Below are positions 50,391-58,202 of a stretch of DNA of 64,000 nt, one piece after another (position 1 is the stretch's first letter; every line of letters starts with the position of its first letter). The notes beneath the pieces are model-generated. The model was not told the origin of the DNA. It was given only the letters and a program-made list of their open reading frames with translations, and made no database searches. The DNA comes from an uncultured Pseudomonadales bacterium (GTDB lineage Bacteria; Patescibacteriota; Microgenomatia; UBA1400; PJMF01). The position numbers and the translations under genes are program-made. The stretch is taken from positions 1,123 through 65,122 of the forward strand of contig CAYSMC010000033.1 of assembly GCA_964432115.1 (NCBI GenBank), given 5' to 3'.

Positions 50391-51327
50391 TTTTCTTTTT
50401 GACTCCCTCATATAGAGCCTCAGTCATCTTGTTTAAATCAAACTGTTCTTGCCAGCCCCAATCTTCACGTGCCACGTTGTCGTCTATAGTTTTTGGCCAA
50501 CTATCAGCAATCGCTTGTGTGTGGTTGGGTTGATAATCAACCGTAAAATCTGCTTGTATCTTTTGAATGGCGGCAACTAACTCAGCTGGGGTGAAGCTAA
50601 TGGCACTAAAATTATAACTGGTACGCACGGTCAAATTTTCAGCTGGTGCCTCCATGAGTTTAATAGTACCCTCAATAGCATCATCCATATACATCATTGG
50701 TAGGCGAGTGTCTGGTTTAAGTGGGCAAACGTAGTGACCCTCTTTGATGGCGGCATAAAAAATGTGAATAGCATATTCAGTAGTGCCATCTCCTGGATCA
50801 GCCTGATAACCGTTTAAGCCCGGATAACGGAGACTGCGAAAATCAACCCCATATTTAAGATGATAATATTGACCCAGTAGCTCTCCTGCCACCTTATTTA
50901 CTCCATACATGGTCGTTGGTTCTAATACGGTGTGTTGGGGGGTGTTTTGCGTGGGTGTAGTCGGTCCAAAAGCGGCAATTGATGATGGCCAAAAGACTTT
51001 TAGTTGATATTTAACCGCTAAGTCTAAAATATTTTTCAATCCGCCCATATTAACATTCCAAGCTAGTTGAGGATTTTTTTCACCGCCAACTGATAAAATG
51101 CCGGCTAAATGATAAATCGTGTCAATCTGATATTGCTCAATTAATTCTTCTAAATGCGCCAGATCAGTAACATCACCTTTTTCTAAAATACCAATAAAAT
51201 TATCAGTCAGAGTTTTTCTAGCTAAGGCAACAACTCTATCCTGACCATACTTTTTTTGTAGAGCAGGTACTAATTCTGAACCAACTAACCCAAAAGCTCC
51301 AGTTACCAAAATCTTATTTTTTGTCAT
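50380..51327 (-). CDS. tdh: L-threonine 3-dehydrogenase (extended SDR type)
   Basis: 'GAFGLVG', 'LSVGGEKNP', 'PSSIAAFG', 'YGVNK', 'DFRSLRYPG' and 'Q.IADSWP'. Confidence 0.82.
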   Translation of the reverse strand: MTKNKILVTGAFGLVGSELVPALQKKYGQDRVVALARKTLTDNFIGILEKGDVTDLAHLEELIEQYQIDTIYHLAGILSVGGEKNPQLAWNVNMGGLKNILDLAVKYQLKVFWPSSIAAFGPTTPTQNTPQHTVLEPTTMYGVNKVAGELLGQYYHLKYGVDFRSLRYPGLNGYQADPGDGTTEYAIHIFYAAIKEGHYVCPLKPDTRLPMMYMDDAIEGTIKLMEAPAENLTVRTSYNFSAISFTPAELVAAIQKIQADFTVDYQPNHTQAIADSWPKTIDDNVAREDWGWQEQFDLNKMTEALYEGVKKKIKA

Positions 51328-51430
51328 ATAAAATAAAGATAGGCGACAAAGTAGCTTTGGTCAAGAATTAAAGCTGTGTTTTTTCATCAAAAGATTGGAT
51401 AAAATAATCCAATTTGGCAAATCTCTCAAT

Positions 51431-52615
51431 TTAAATACTGTTTTTTTCTAATTTAACCCGCAGTGTCTGTTTTTCACCCTCTCTCCAGATCTCTAGCTCT
51501 ACTTCACTACCAACGCGAATTTCGTTAAGTAATTTGGGGAGAGTTTCAGCTTCTGTAATTTTTTGACCATTAAATTTAATAATGATGTCACCAGCCCGTA
51601 AACCGGCTTGATCAGCATTAGAGTCTTTGAATACCTCTTGAATATAGGCGCCTTGTGGTACTTCATTGACGAGAGCAGCTTTCTCGGAAATTAAAGTATA
51701 TGACACTCCCAAAACAGCTCGATCAAATTCGCCAGTAGCCTTAAAATTTTCAAGAGAGTTTTTGACGATATTGATAGGTAAGGCAAAACCAATGTTATCA
51801 GCACCGGCAGAAGTAGCAACATTGACTGCTATTACTTCACCTCGAGCGTTGATTAATGGTCCACCAGAATTGCCAGGATTAATGGCGGCATCTGTTTGAA
51901 TAATATTATCTAAATTTTCTTGTTGACCACCAAAAGCATTACTGGTGGTAATCCCACGACCAACTCCTGAAATAATACCTCTAGTGACAGTGTTGCGAAA
52001 CTCGCCAAGAGCGGTGCCAATAGCGATCACCGATTCTCCAATTTGAATCTGATCCGAGTCTCCGAGTTTTAATGCGGGTAAGTTCAACTCCTTTACCGCC
52101 AAAATTGCTAAATCATTTATTGGATCGCGATAAATATCACTAACTTGATAAACCCGATCTTCATAATCATAAACTAAGTAGTTGAGATTAAAGTCACTAA
52201 CCACATGTCGATTGGTTATGACAAATAATCGATTATTTTCTTCAGCCAAAACTACAAAACCAGTGCCAATGTCTTGCTCGATGGTTGCAAAATCATCGGC
52301 ATTGGGTTGTTGATAAAACTGTTTAAATAAAGAGCCAAAACCAAAGGGATTAAAACTGGAACTACTAGGTTGAAGCACACTTTTCTCTGCACTAATAGTC
52401 ACCACTGACGGACCAACGGTTTTCACTACTTCGCTAATACTCAACTGATCATCACTAAAACTAGTGATTTGTTGTTTGGTTTCCGAGTTTTTAAATTGAT
52501 TATTTTTTTCAAGAAAATTTGGTAAAAGTTTTTCTATTTGATCAGTACTGCTTAGATAAACACCGCCAGTAAAGGCAAGCAAGATTAATATGATCAAAAC
52601 AATAGTTTTTTTCAT
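51431..52615 (-). CDS. htrA: HtrA/DegP-family serine protease with one PDZ domain
   Basis: 'TNRHV', 'DLAIL', 'IQTDAAINPGNSGGPL' and a C-terminal PDZ domain. Confidence 0.93.
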   Translation of the reverse strand: MKKTIVLIILILLAFTGGVYLSSTDQIEKLLPNFLEKNNQFKNSETKQQITSFSDDQLSISEVVKTVGPSVVTISAEKSVLQPSSSSFNPFGFGSLFKQFYQQPNADDFATIEQDIGTGFVVLAEENNRLFVITNRHVVSDFNLNYLVYDYEDRVYQVSDIYRDPINDLAILAVKELNLPALKLGDSDQIQIGESVIAIGTALGEFRNTVTRGIISGVGRGITTSNAFGGQQENLDNIIQTDAAINPGNSGGPLINARGEVIAVNVATSAGADNIGFALPINIVKNSLENFKATGEFDRAVLGVSYTLISEKAALVNEVPQGAYIQEVFKDSNADQAGLRAGDIIIKFNGQKITEAETLPKLLNEIRVGSEVELEIWREGEKQTLRVKLEKNSI

Positions 52616-52648
52616 AGTTCTGGCTCCTTAATTAATTAATTTTAATAA

Positions 52649-53065
52649 TTAATCATTTTTCTCAGCAATTTTAAGCTTTTTGGGTTCAGCAATTTTTTGT
52701 TTCTTAAATTTAATTTTAAGAATGCCCTTGCTTAACTCAGCTTGGGGTTCGCTTTGCTGATCGATTTGGCCGGGAACTGCAACCTTGTAGGAATAGCTCC
52801 AGTTAGCCTTGGAATAATGCTTTTTATCTTTGTGGCCTTCTTCTTTTTCGGCTTCAGCCTTAATCCAAAGTACACCTTTGTTAAAGCTTAGATCAATTTG
52901 GTCAGCTTTGACTCCAGCTACATTGGCTTCAACCACCACCTGATTATCTTTTTCATAGATGTTAAGGTGTTGACGCTGATTGCTGTCATGCAGAAAATCA
53001 TCTTCCCAAACGTCTGGCCAACTATCCAATAAAGATTGGTAGGGACGCCATTGAATTAGATTCAT
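52649..53065 (-). CDS. Small heat-shock protein (Hsp20/alpha-crystallin)
   Basis: 'NIYE...VEANVAGV' and 'AELSKGILKI'; SD AAAGGAG. Confidence 0.9.
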   Translation of the reverse strand: MNLIQWRPYQSLLDSWPDVWEDDFLHDSNQRQHLNIYEKDNQVVVEANVAGVKADQIDLSFNKGVLWIKAEAEKEEGHKDKKHYSKANWSYSYKVAVPGQIDQQSEPQAELSKGILKIKFKKQKIAEPKKLKIAEKND

Positions 53066-53103
53066 GATTTCACTCCTTTCTTTAATTAACTAATAATCTG
53101 TTT

Positions 53104-53130
53104 TTAGCAGTCATCTTTTACGACTGCTAA
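53104..53130. promoter_or_regulatory. CIRCE-like HrcA operator upstream of hsp20-htrA
   Basis: TTAGCAGTC-N9-GACTGCTAA perfect inverted repeat; consensus is TTAGCACTC-N9-GAGTGCTAA. Confidence 0.85.
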
Positions 53131-53134
53131 GTAT

Positions 53135-53163
53135 AATTTAACAATTGAATAAAAAATTGTCAA
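53135..53163 (-). promoter_or_regulatory. Sigma70 promoter for hsp20-htrA
   Basis: Minus strand TTGACA-17 nt-TAAATT; the predicted TSS falls at the edge of the CIRCE. Confidence 0.7.
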
Positions 53164-53226
53164 GGGTTTTTATTAATGATTAAATTCAGCTCATATTTTT
53201 TGTTAGCTGTGTTACAATTTTGCTCT

Positions 53227-53706
53227 ATGGTTAAAAGGAATTCTGCAAAAATTTTATCAATTTTAATGGGTTTGACTGGCGGATTAGTGGTTATTTTTTT
53301 CATTTTAGCTTCTTTATTTCCTGATCTAGATTTACCAACTCTGAGTGATTTGTTAAAGCAAAACAATAATCAAGAAAATAATTTAGAGCAAGTTATAGAT
53401 CACAATGAAAATGCTTTAGAATCAATTGAGTTAATAGCTGACGAAGCCAAGCTAATTGCTTTAACTGCCACCGAAGATAACACTCAAGCTTGGGAATTAT
53501 TAATTAATAATCATCAAATTATTTATCAAGAGTATGACTCTGGTATCTTTTTAGAAGGCATTGATGGTTTAAAAAGTGATCAACAACATTTTTGGGCAAT
53601 CTATGTCAATGGAGGAAAAAGCGAACTAGGAATTTCTGACACTATTCTGAATGAAGGTGATCTACTTGAATTAAAATATGAAGCAATTGAAGAATCATTT
53701 AATTAG
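53227..53706 (+). CDS. DUF4430 (transcobalamin-like C-terminal domain) membrane-anchored protein
   Basis: TM helix, then 'GIFLEGIDG...FWAIYVNG..SELG....L..GD...LKY'. Start could be 53176 or 53227. Confidence 0.78.
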   Translation: MVKRNSAKILSILMGLTGGLVVIFFILASLFPDLDLPTLSDLLKQNNNQENNLEQVIDHNENALESIELIADEAKLIALTATEDNTQAWELLINNHQIIYQEYDSGIFLEGIDGLKSDQQHFWAIYVNGGKSELGISDTILNEGDLLELKYEAIEESFN

Positions 53707-54166
53707 TACTGTGGGGGTTTTGGCCATTAGAATTGGCAAAATTTTGCCAGCCAACTTTAGTCCTCTCGGATCTTTTGGCTTTTTTTCCAGTAATCCAAGT
53801 TTTTATTTTTTATCAATTTTGCTTTTTGATTATTTTTTTGGCGGTTTTTATCAGGGACAGATTTGGGTTTATCTGGCTTTTAGTATTTATCCACTATTTG
53901 GCTATATAAGTCGCGACAAAATTAAGAAACAAGTGCTCTTGCTACCTCTGGCCTCTCTTTTGTTTTTCTTAATTTCTAACTTTGGGGTATGGCTGAATTG
54001 GTATCCTAAAAATATTGAGGGATTAATTCGATGCTACATATTGGCTTTACCCTTTTACGGACGCACCTTGATGGGTGATTTAATTTTTGGCTATGTTTAT
54101 TTAATTTTTAAAAAATACAAAATAGTGAAAAAGAGCGCTAGATTTTTGATTGAGAATTCTAACTAG
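53678..54166 (+). CDS. DUF6580-like membrane protein (ECF S-component-like, putative vitamin transporter)
   Basis: 'NFSPLG' and 'SLLFFLISNFGVW...YP....GL..CY..ALPF...TL.GD'. Confidence 0.75.
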   Translation: MKQLKNHLISTVGVLAIRIGKILPANFSPLGSFGFFSSNPSFYFLSILLFDYFFGGFYQGQIWVYLAFSIYPLFGYISRDKIKKQVLLLPLASLLFFLISNFGVWLNWYPKNIEGLIRCYILALPFYGRTLMGDLIFGYVYLIFKKYKIVKKSARFLIENSN

Positions 54167-54168
54167 TT

Positions 54169-54510
54169 TTATTTCTTTTTATCTAATTTTTCTAAACCCA
54201 AACCTTTAACACCAAAATAAACTACTGCAGCTATAATTGTAAAATTAATTAAAGTGGCAATAAAATTACCCCAAGCAACTTCAGCCGAACCGATTTGCCA
54301 AACTGCTTGAGAAAAATCTACTTTACCCAGCAATAAACCTAAAAGAGGATTGATTAAATCATTAACGATTGAATCAACGACTGAACGAATTGACCCACCT
54401 AAAATAAAACCGATGGCTAAACCAACCACACCCTGATTGCGAATAAATTCTAAAAAACCCAAGGCTGGTTTTTTGACAATGTTTTTAGGTTTAATTTTAT
54501 TTTGATTCAT
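54169..54510 (-). CDS. mscL: Large-conductance mechanosensitive channel
   Basis: 'F.EFI...GVVGLAIGFILG...V.SIV.DLINP' and 'WGNFI..LINF.IIA.VVY'. Confidence 0.92.
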   Translation of the reverse strand: MNQNKIKPKNIVKKPALGFLEFIRNQGVVGLAIGFILGGSIRSVVDSIVNDLINPLLGLLLGKVDFSQAVWQIGSAEVAWGNFIATLINFTIIAAVVYFGVKGLGLEKLDKKK

Positions 54511-54580
54511 ATAAAGACATTATAACAAATCTGATTCATATTTTCTTATTTTAGTATTGAGATATAATTAACGACTAATT

Positions 54581-55570
54581 ATGCTAACCACACCCGTTAG
54601 TAAATTAGCAATTAAGAAAATTGCTATTTTATATTCTGATGCTAAGCGTCAGTATTTTCCCACTGAACAGCTATATATTACTGAAGCTGAGGTCAAAGGG
54701 CGGGCTCAACTTATTGCTAAAATTTTGAAAAAGAAAGGTTTTTTGGTCGAACTTTTTCCCGGTGATGCTTGTTTACACGAGGCTTTATTAAAATTTAAAC
54801 CAGATAGAGTAATTAATTTGGTGGATTCAGTTTATGGCAAAGAGTATTTGGCTGGTACTATTCCAGCCACCTTAGAACTTTTGCAAATTCCTTATACTGG
54901 CAGTGGTATGTTAGCGATTTCAATTAACGCCAATAAGTATTTAAGTAAATCTTTGTTAGAACAATATGGAGTTACCACTCCCAAGTACCAATTAATTAGG
55001 CATTCCGCAGACGAAATCGATGAGGAATTAGATTTTCCCTTGTTTGTTAAACTTAATGAAAATCATGGCTCTCTAGAAGTTTCAGATGTATCGGTATGTT
55101 TTGATGAAAAAATGGCCAAAAAACAAATCGATTATTTATATAAAACCTATCAACAGCCGATTTTGCTAGAGGAATTTATTGCTGGTAGAGAAATTACAGT
55201 GGTTTTGGTTGAAGGTGGTAATATTAAAATTTATGCGGCTGAAAAAATTTTTCATCGTTCTAGTGACGATCCATTCAAAAAAATTGTTACTTTTGATGAT
55301 AATTGGGTATCGGCAGAAGAAACTATTACTTATCAAAAATATGAATTACCCGACTCAGTTAAAAAAGCGGCCAAAACTGCTTTCAACATTTTAAAAATTG
55401 AAGATTATGCAAAATTTGATTTTCGTTTAGATGAGGCCGGACGTCATTATTTAATTGATGTCAACGTCAATCCTGCGCTTGGTCCAAGTGAAACTTGCGC
55501 TATTGCTAGCATTTTAGAACTTTATGGTGTTTCTTTTTATACTTTATTGGATAGGTTGATTAACAACTAG
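54581..55570 (+). CDS. D-Ala-D-Ala-ligase-like ATP-grasp enzyme
   Basis: 'IPYTGS', 'FPLFVK..E.HGS', 'EEFIAGREITV' and 'DFRLD...IDVNVNP'; lacks the canonical Ddl N-terminal GGxSxE motif. Confidence 0.8.
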   Translation: MLTTPVSKLAIKKIAILYSDAKRQYFPTEQLYITEAEVKGRAQLIAKILKKKGFLVELFPGDACLHEALLKFKPDRVINLVDSVYGKEYLAGTIPATLELLQIPYTGSGMLAISINANKYLSKSLLEQYGVTTPKYQLIRHSADEIDEELDFPLFVKLNENHGSLEVSDVSVCFDEKMAKKQIDYLYKTYQQPILLEEFIAGREITVVLVEGGNIKIYAAEKIFHRSSDDPFKKIVTFDDNWVSAEETITYQKYELPDSVKKAAKTAFNILKIEDYAKFDFRLDEAGRHYLIDVNVNPALGPSETCAIASILELYGVSFYTLLDRLINN

Positions 55571-55573
55571 CTT

Positions 55574-56317
55574 GTGTCTAAAAGCATTTCTTATCACATC
55601 AAAAAAGTAGATGATTATTGTTTGAGAGATAATCGCTGGTTATCGTTGGATTGGCGGTTGCGCACAGACAATTTAATTCAATTAGAGAAAGAATTACAAG
55701 AGGCGAGGCTGTATGCCAAAAAAAAATTTGTTAATAAAATTGAAATTTTATTAACTGTTAAAATACCAGATCGCTTAAGTGAATTTTTATACAGGCAAAC
55801 TTTTAAACCGGCTTTGGTTGAATTAAAATTTGATTTGGAAAAATTTGTTCAGTCATCATTTGTTATTCCCAATCTAAATTTTACTACTCAGATTAAAAAT
55901 AAAAATTTGTTAAAGAAATTATTGCTTGAACAAGCTAGTTTTCATTATCAAAATTTACCAGATTATTATTTGTCTCCACAGGAAATCAATTGGTTTTTTT
56001 ATTTGAGGCAAATTAACATAGACGCCACAAAGGAGAATGGTTTATGCTATTTAATTCAAGATAAAAAATGTTTCAGCGCTTTGGTTTTGGGAGAATATTT
56101 AGCTAAAACTGCTTTTATTTGGGAATTGGTAGTTAGTCAGGAAAAACGCCAGTTTCATTTAGGAACTTTTTTGCTTAATCAATATTTAGCCAAGCTAAAG
56201 ATTCTAGGTGTAACGAGAATTTATTTAGAAACGATGACTGAGTCTTATGCTAGAAGTTGGTATCAACATCAGGGATTTATTGACGTTAGTCAATCTTGGT
56301 TTTGTCGGTTAAAATAG
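55574..56317 (+). CDS. GNAT-family N-acetyltransferase
   Basis: C-terminal 'LVVSQEKRQFHLGT.LL' and 'ARSWYQHQGF'. Confidence 0.75.
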   Translation: MSKSISYHIKKVDDYCLRDNRWLSLDWRLRTDNLIQLEKELQEARLYAKKKFVNKIEILLTVKIPDRLSEFLYRQTFKPALVELKFDLEKFVQSSFVIPNLNFTTQIKNKNLLKKLLLEQASFHYQNLPDYYLSPQEINWFFYLRQINIDATKENGLCYLIQDKKCFSALVLGEYLAKTAFIWELVVSQEKRQFHLGTFLLNQYLAKLKILGVTRIYLETMTESYARSWYQHQGFIDVSQSWFCRLK

Positions 56318-56323
56318 TTTAAT

Positions 56324-57322
56324 CTGCAAAAAAAAACTTATTTATTCGTCCTGATCTCAATTGCCTTTTTTAGTCTCATTTATTTATTAATAATTGCGGT
56401 GGGTAAACAATCTTTATTGCTTCAATCCGATCAAAATTTTAGTCCAAGTCCAGCGCCAATGACTTTTTCTTTAATTGTGGGTGGTGATTTAATGTTTGAT
56501 CGCCACATTCGCACTAAAGCTGAAGCTAAGGGTAATTATGATTTTATTTTTGAGCAACAGTTGAGTGATTTTTTGCATAGTGCCGACTATGTTTTAGCTA
56601 ATTTAGAGGGACCAATTACTCTGGAGAAATCAGTTAGTCAGGCTAGTTCACCAGGTGGTCCAGGCAATTATACCTTTACTTTTTCTCCAGATATTATTCC
56701 AGCTTTGCAAAATAATAATTTAACCCTGCTTAATCTTGGCAACAATCATATTTTAAATTTTGGGGTTGAAGGTTTAGATAGTACACGTCAATATTTAAAC
56801 GATGCTCAAATAAAATATTTTGGAGATGTAGGCGTTGATCAAAATGAACAGCGTTATTATTTTTTGGAACTGTTTGGACAAAAAATTGCTTTAATCAGTT
56901 ACAATCAATTCACCGAAAGCGCAAAAAATAAGACATTGGCCGATATTGCTCAAGCTAAAAAACAAGGAGCCAGCTTAATTTTACTGTTTAGTCATTGGGG
57001 TAATGAATATGTTTCAGAAGCTAATCAAGTTATTGTTAATTTGGCTCATGAATTTATTGATGCCGGAGTTGATTTAATTGTTGGCGGACATCCTCATGTT
57101 GTACAAAATCAAGAAACATATCGAGATAAGACCATTTATTATTCTTTGGGCAATTTTGTCTTTGATCAATATTTTTCCAAAGAAACCCAAGAGGGATTAT
57201 TACTAAAAATCAATTTTCTTTTTGATCCACACTTGACGACCTGGACTTATCAAGTTGAAGAAAAAAAAGTACAAATGGATCGAGATGGAATTACTAGATT
57301 ACAGACGGAATTAACTCAATAA
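56324..57322 (+). CDS. CapA/PGA_cap-family metallophosphatase-fold protein; the N-terminal TM anchor lies upstream of the called GTG 56399
   Basis: 'GDLMFDR', 'NLEGP', 'LGNNH..NFG', 'HWG.EY', 'GGHPHV' and 'YSLGNFVFDQ'. In-frame upstream sequence is (CTG)QKKTYLFVLISIAFFSLIYLLIIAV. Confidence 0.85.
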   Translation: MQKKTYLFVLISIAFFSLIYLLIIAVGKQSLLLQSDQNFSPSPAPMTFSLIVGGDLMFDRHIRTKAEAKGNYDFIFEQQLSDFLHSADYVLANLEGPITLEKSVSQASSPGGPGNYTFTFSPDIIPALQNNNLTLLNLGNNHILNFGVEGLDSTRQYLNDAQIKYFGDVGVDQNEQRYYFLELFGQKIALISYNQFTESAKNKTLADIAQAKKQGASLILLFSHWGNEYVSEANQVIVNLAHEFIDAGVDLIVGGHPHVVQNQETYRDKTIYYSLGNFVFDQYFSKETQEGLLLKINFLFDPHLTTWTYQVEEKKVQMDRDGITRLQTELTQ

Positions 57323-57326
57323 ATTT

Positions 57327-58115
57327 ATGTCACAAGCAGCAACCATAATTAAAGCTTTAGCTTGGGAAGAACAAAGGAAAAATGATTTTCGGGCTGGGCG
57401 ATATTTAGCCGTCAGACAGTCTTACCAAGAACAACAAGATTTTTTAGCCGATCATAATCGACCAAGTTTTTGGGATAAACGGTTTATAGAACAGAAAAAG
57501 AATCAAGCACAAGCTTTTGCCTATGAGTCAGCAATGGAAAAATGGCGTATAGAAAAAGTTTTAAGTAAAATTAATTATCAGCAAAGCATGTTGAATTTAG
57601 GAGTAGGCTCTGGTCGTTTAGAGGCGCGGCTTTTGCCAAAAATTAAGCCAGATCAGTATTTAGGTACCGATATTACCAAACACACACTAGCACAACTACG
57701 CCGCGCCTTCCCTCAATTTCATTTTCGCAGCGCTCAATTAGATAAATTACCTTTAGCTGACCATAGTTTTGATCAGGTTTTATTTCTCGAAGTTTTAGAA
57801 CATATTCGACCCAATCGAACCCTTCAAGTTTTAGCGGAAATCAATAGGGTGTTGAAAAAAAATGGACAGTTGTTTATTTCGGTACCAGTCAATGAGGGTT
57901 TAGAAAAAATGTTGCCGCAAAACCCCAATGCTCATCAGCGACTTTACTCATTACCACTGTTACTTTTTGAACTTGCCCAAAGTGGTTTTTTTGTTAGAAA
58001 AGTTTATCAAGCCAGTGCTTTTTCGACACACTTTAAAATTAAACATTTAATTAATTGTTTATTCAAACTGCGCCAAACAAATAATTATTTATTAATCGCT
58101 GAGAAAAAAACTTAA
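57327..58115 (+). CDS. Class I SAM-dependent methyltransferase
   Basis: 'LNLGVGSG' and 'LPLADHSFD.V...EVLEHI', 'RVLKKNG'. Confidence 0.88.
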   Translation: MSQAATIIKALAWEEQRKNDFRAGRYLAVRQSYQEQQDFLADHNRPSFWDKRFIEQKKNQAQAFAYESAMEKWRIEKVLSKINYQQSMLNLGVGSGRLEARLLPKIKPDQYLGTDITKHTLAQLRRAFPQFHFRSAQLDKLPLADHSFDQVLFLEVLEHIRPNRTLQVLAEINRVLKKNGQLFISVPVNEGLEKMLPQNPNAHQRLYSLPLLLFELAQSGFFVRKVYQASAFSTHFKIKHLINCLFKLRQTNNYLLIAEKKT

Positions 58116-58202
58116 GAAAACAATCAACACAGTAAGTATGAATTAACATAATTCTTATTATAATTGACTTTTCTCAATAAAAAGTATATTTTACAGCTAA
58201 AG

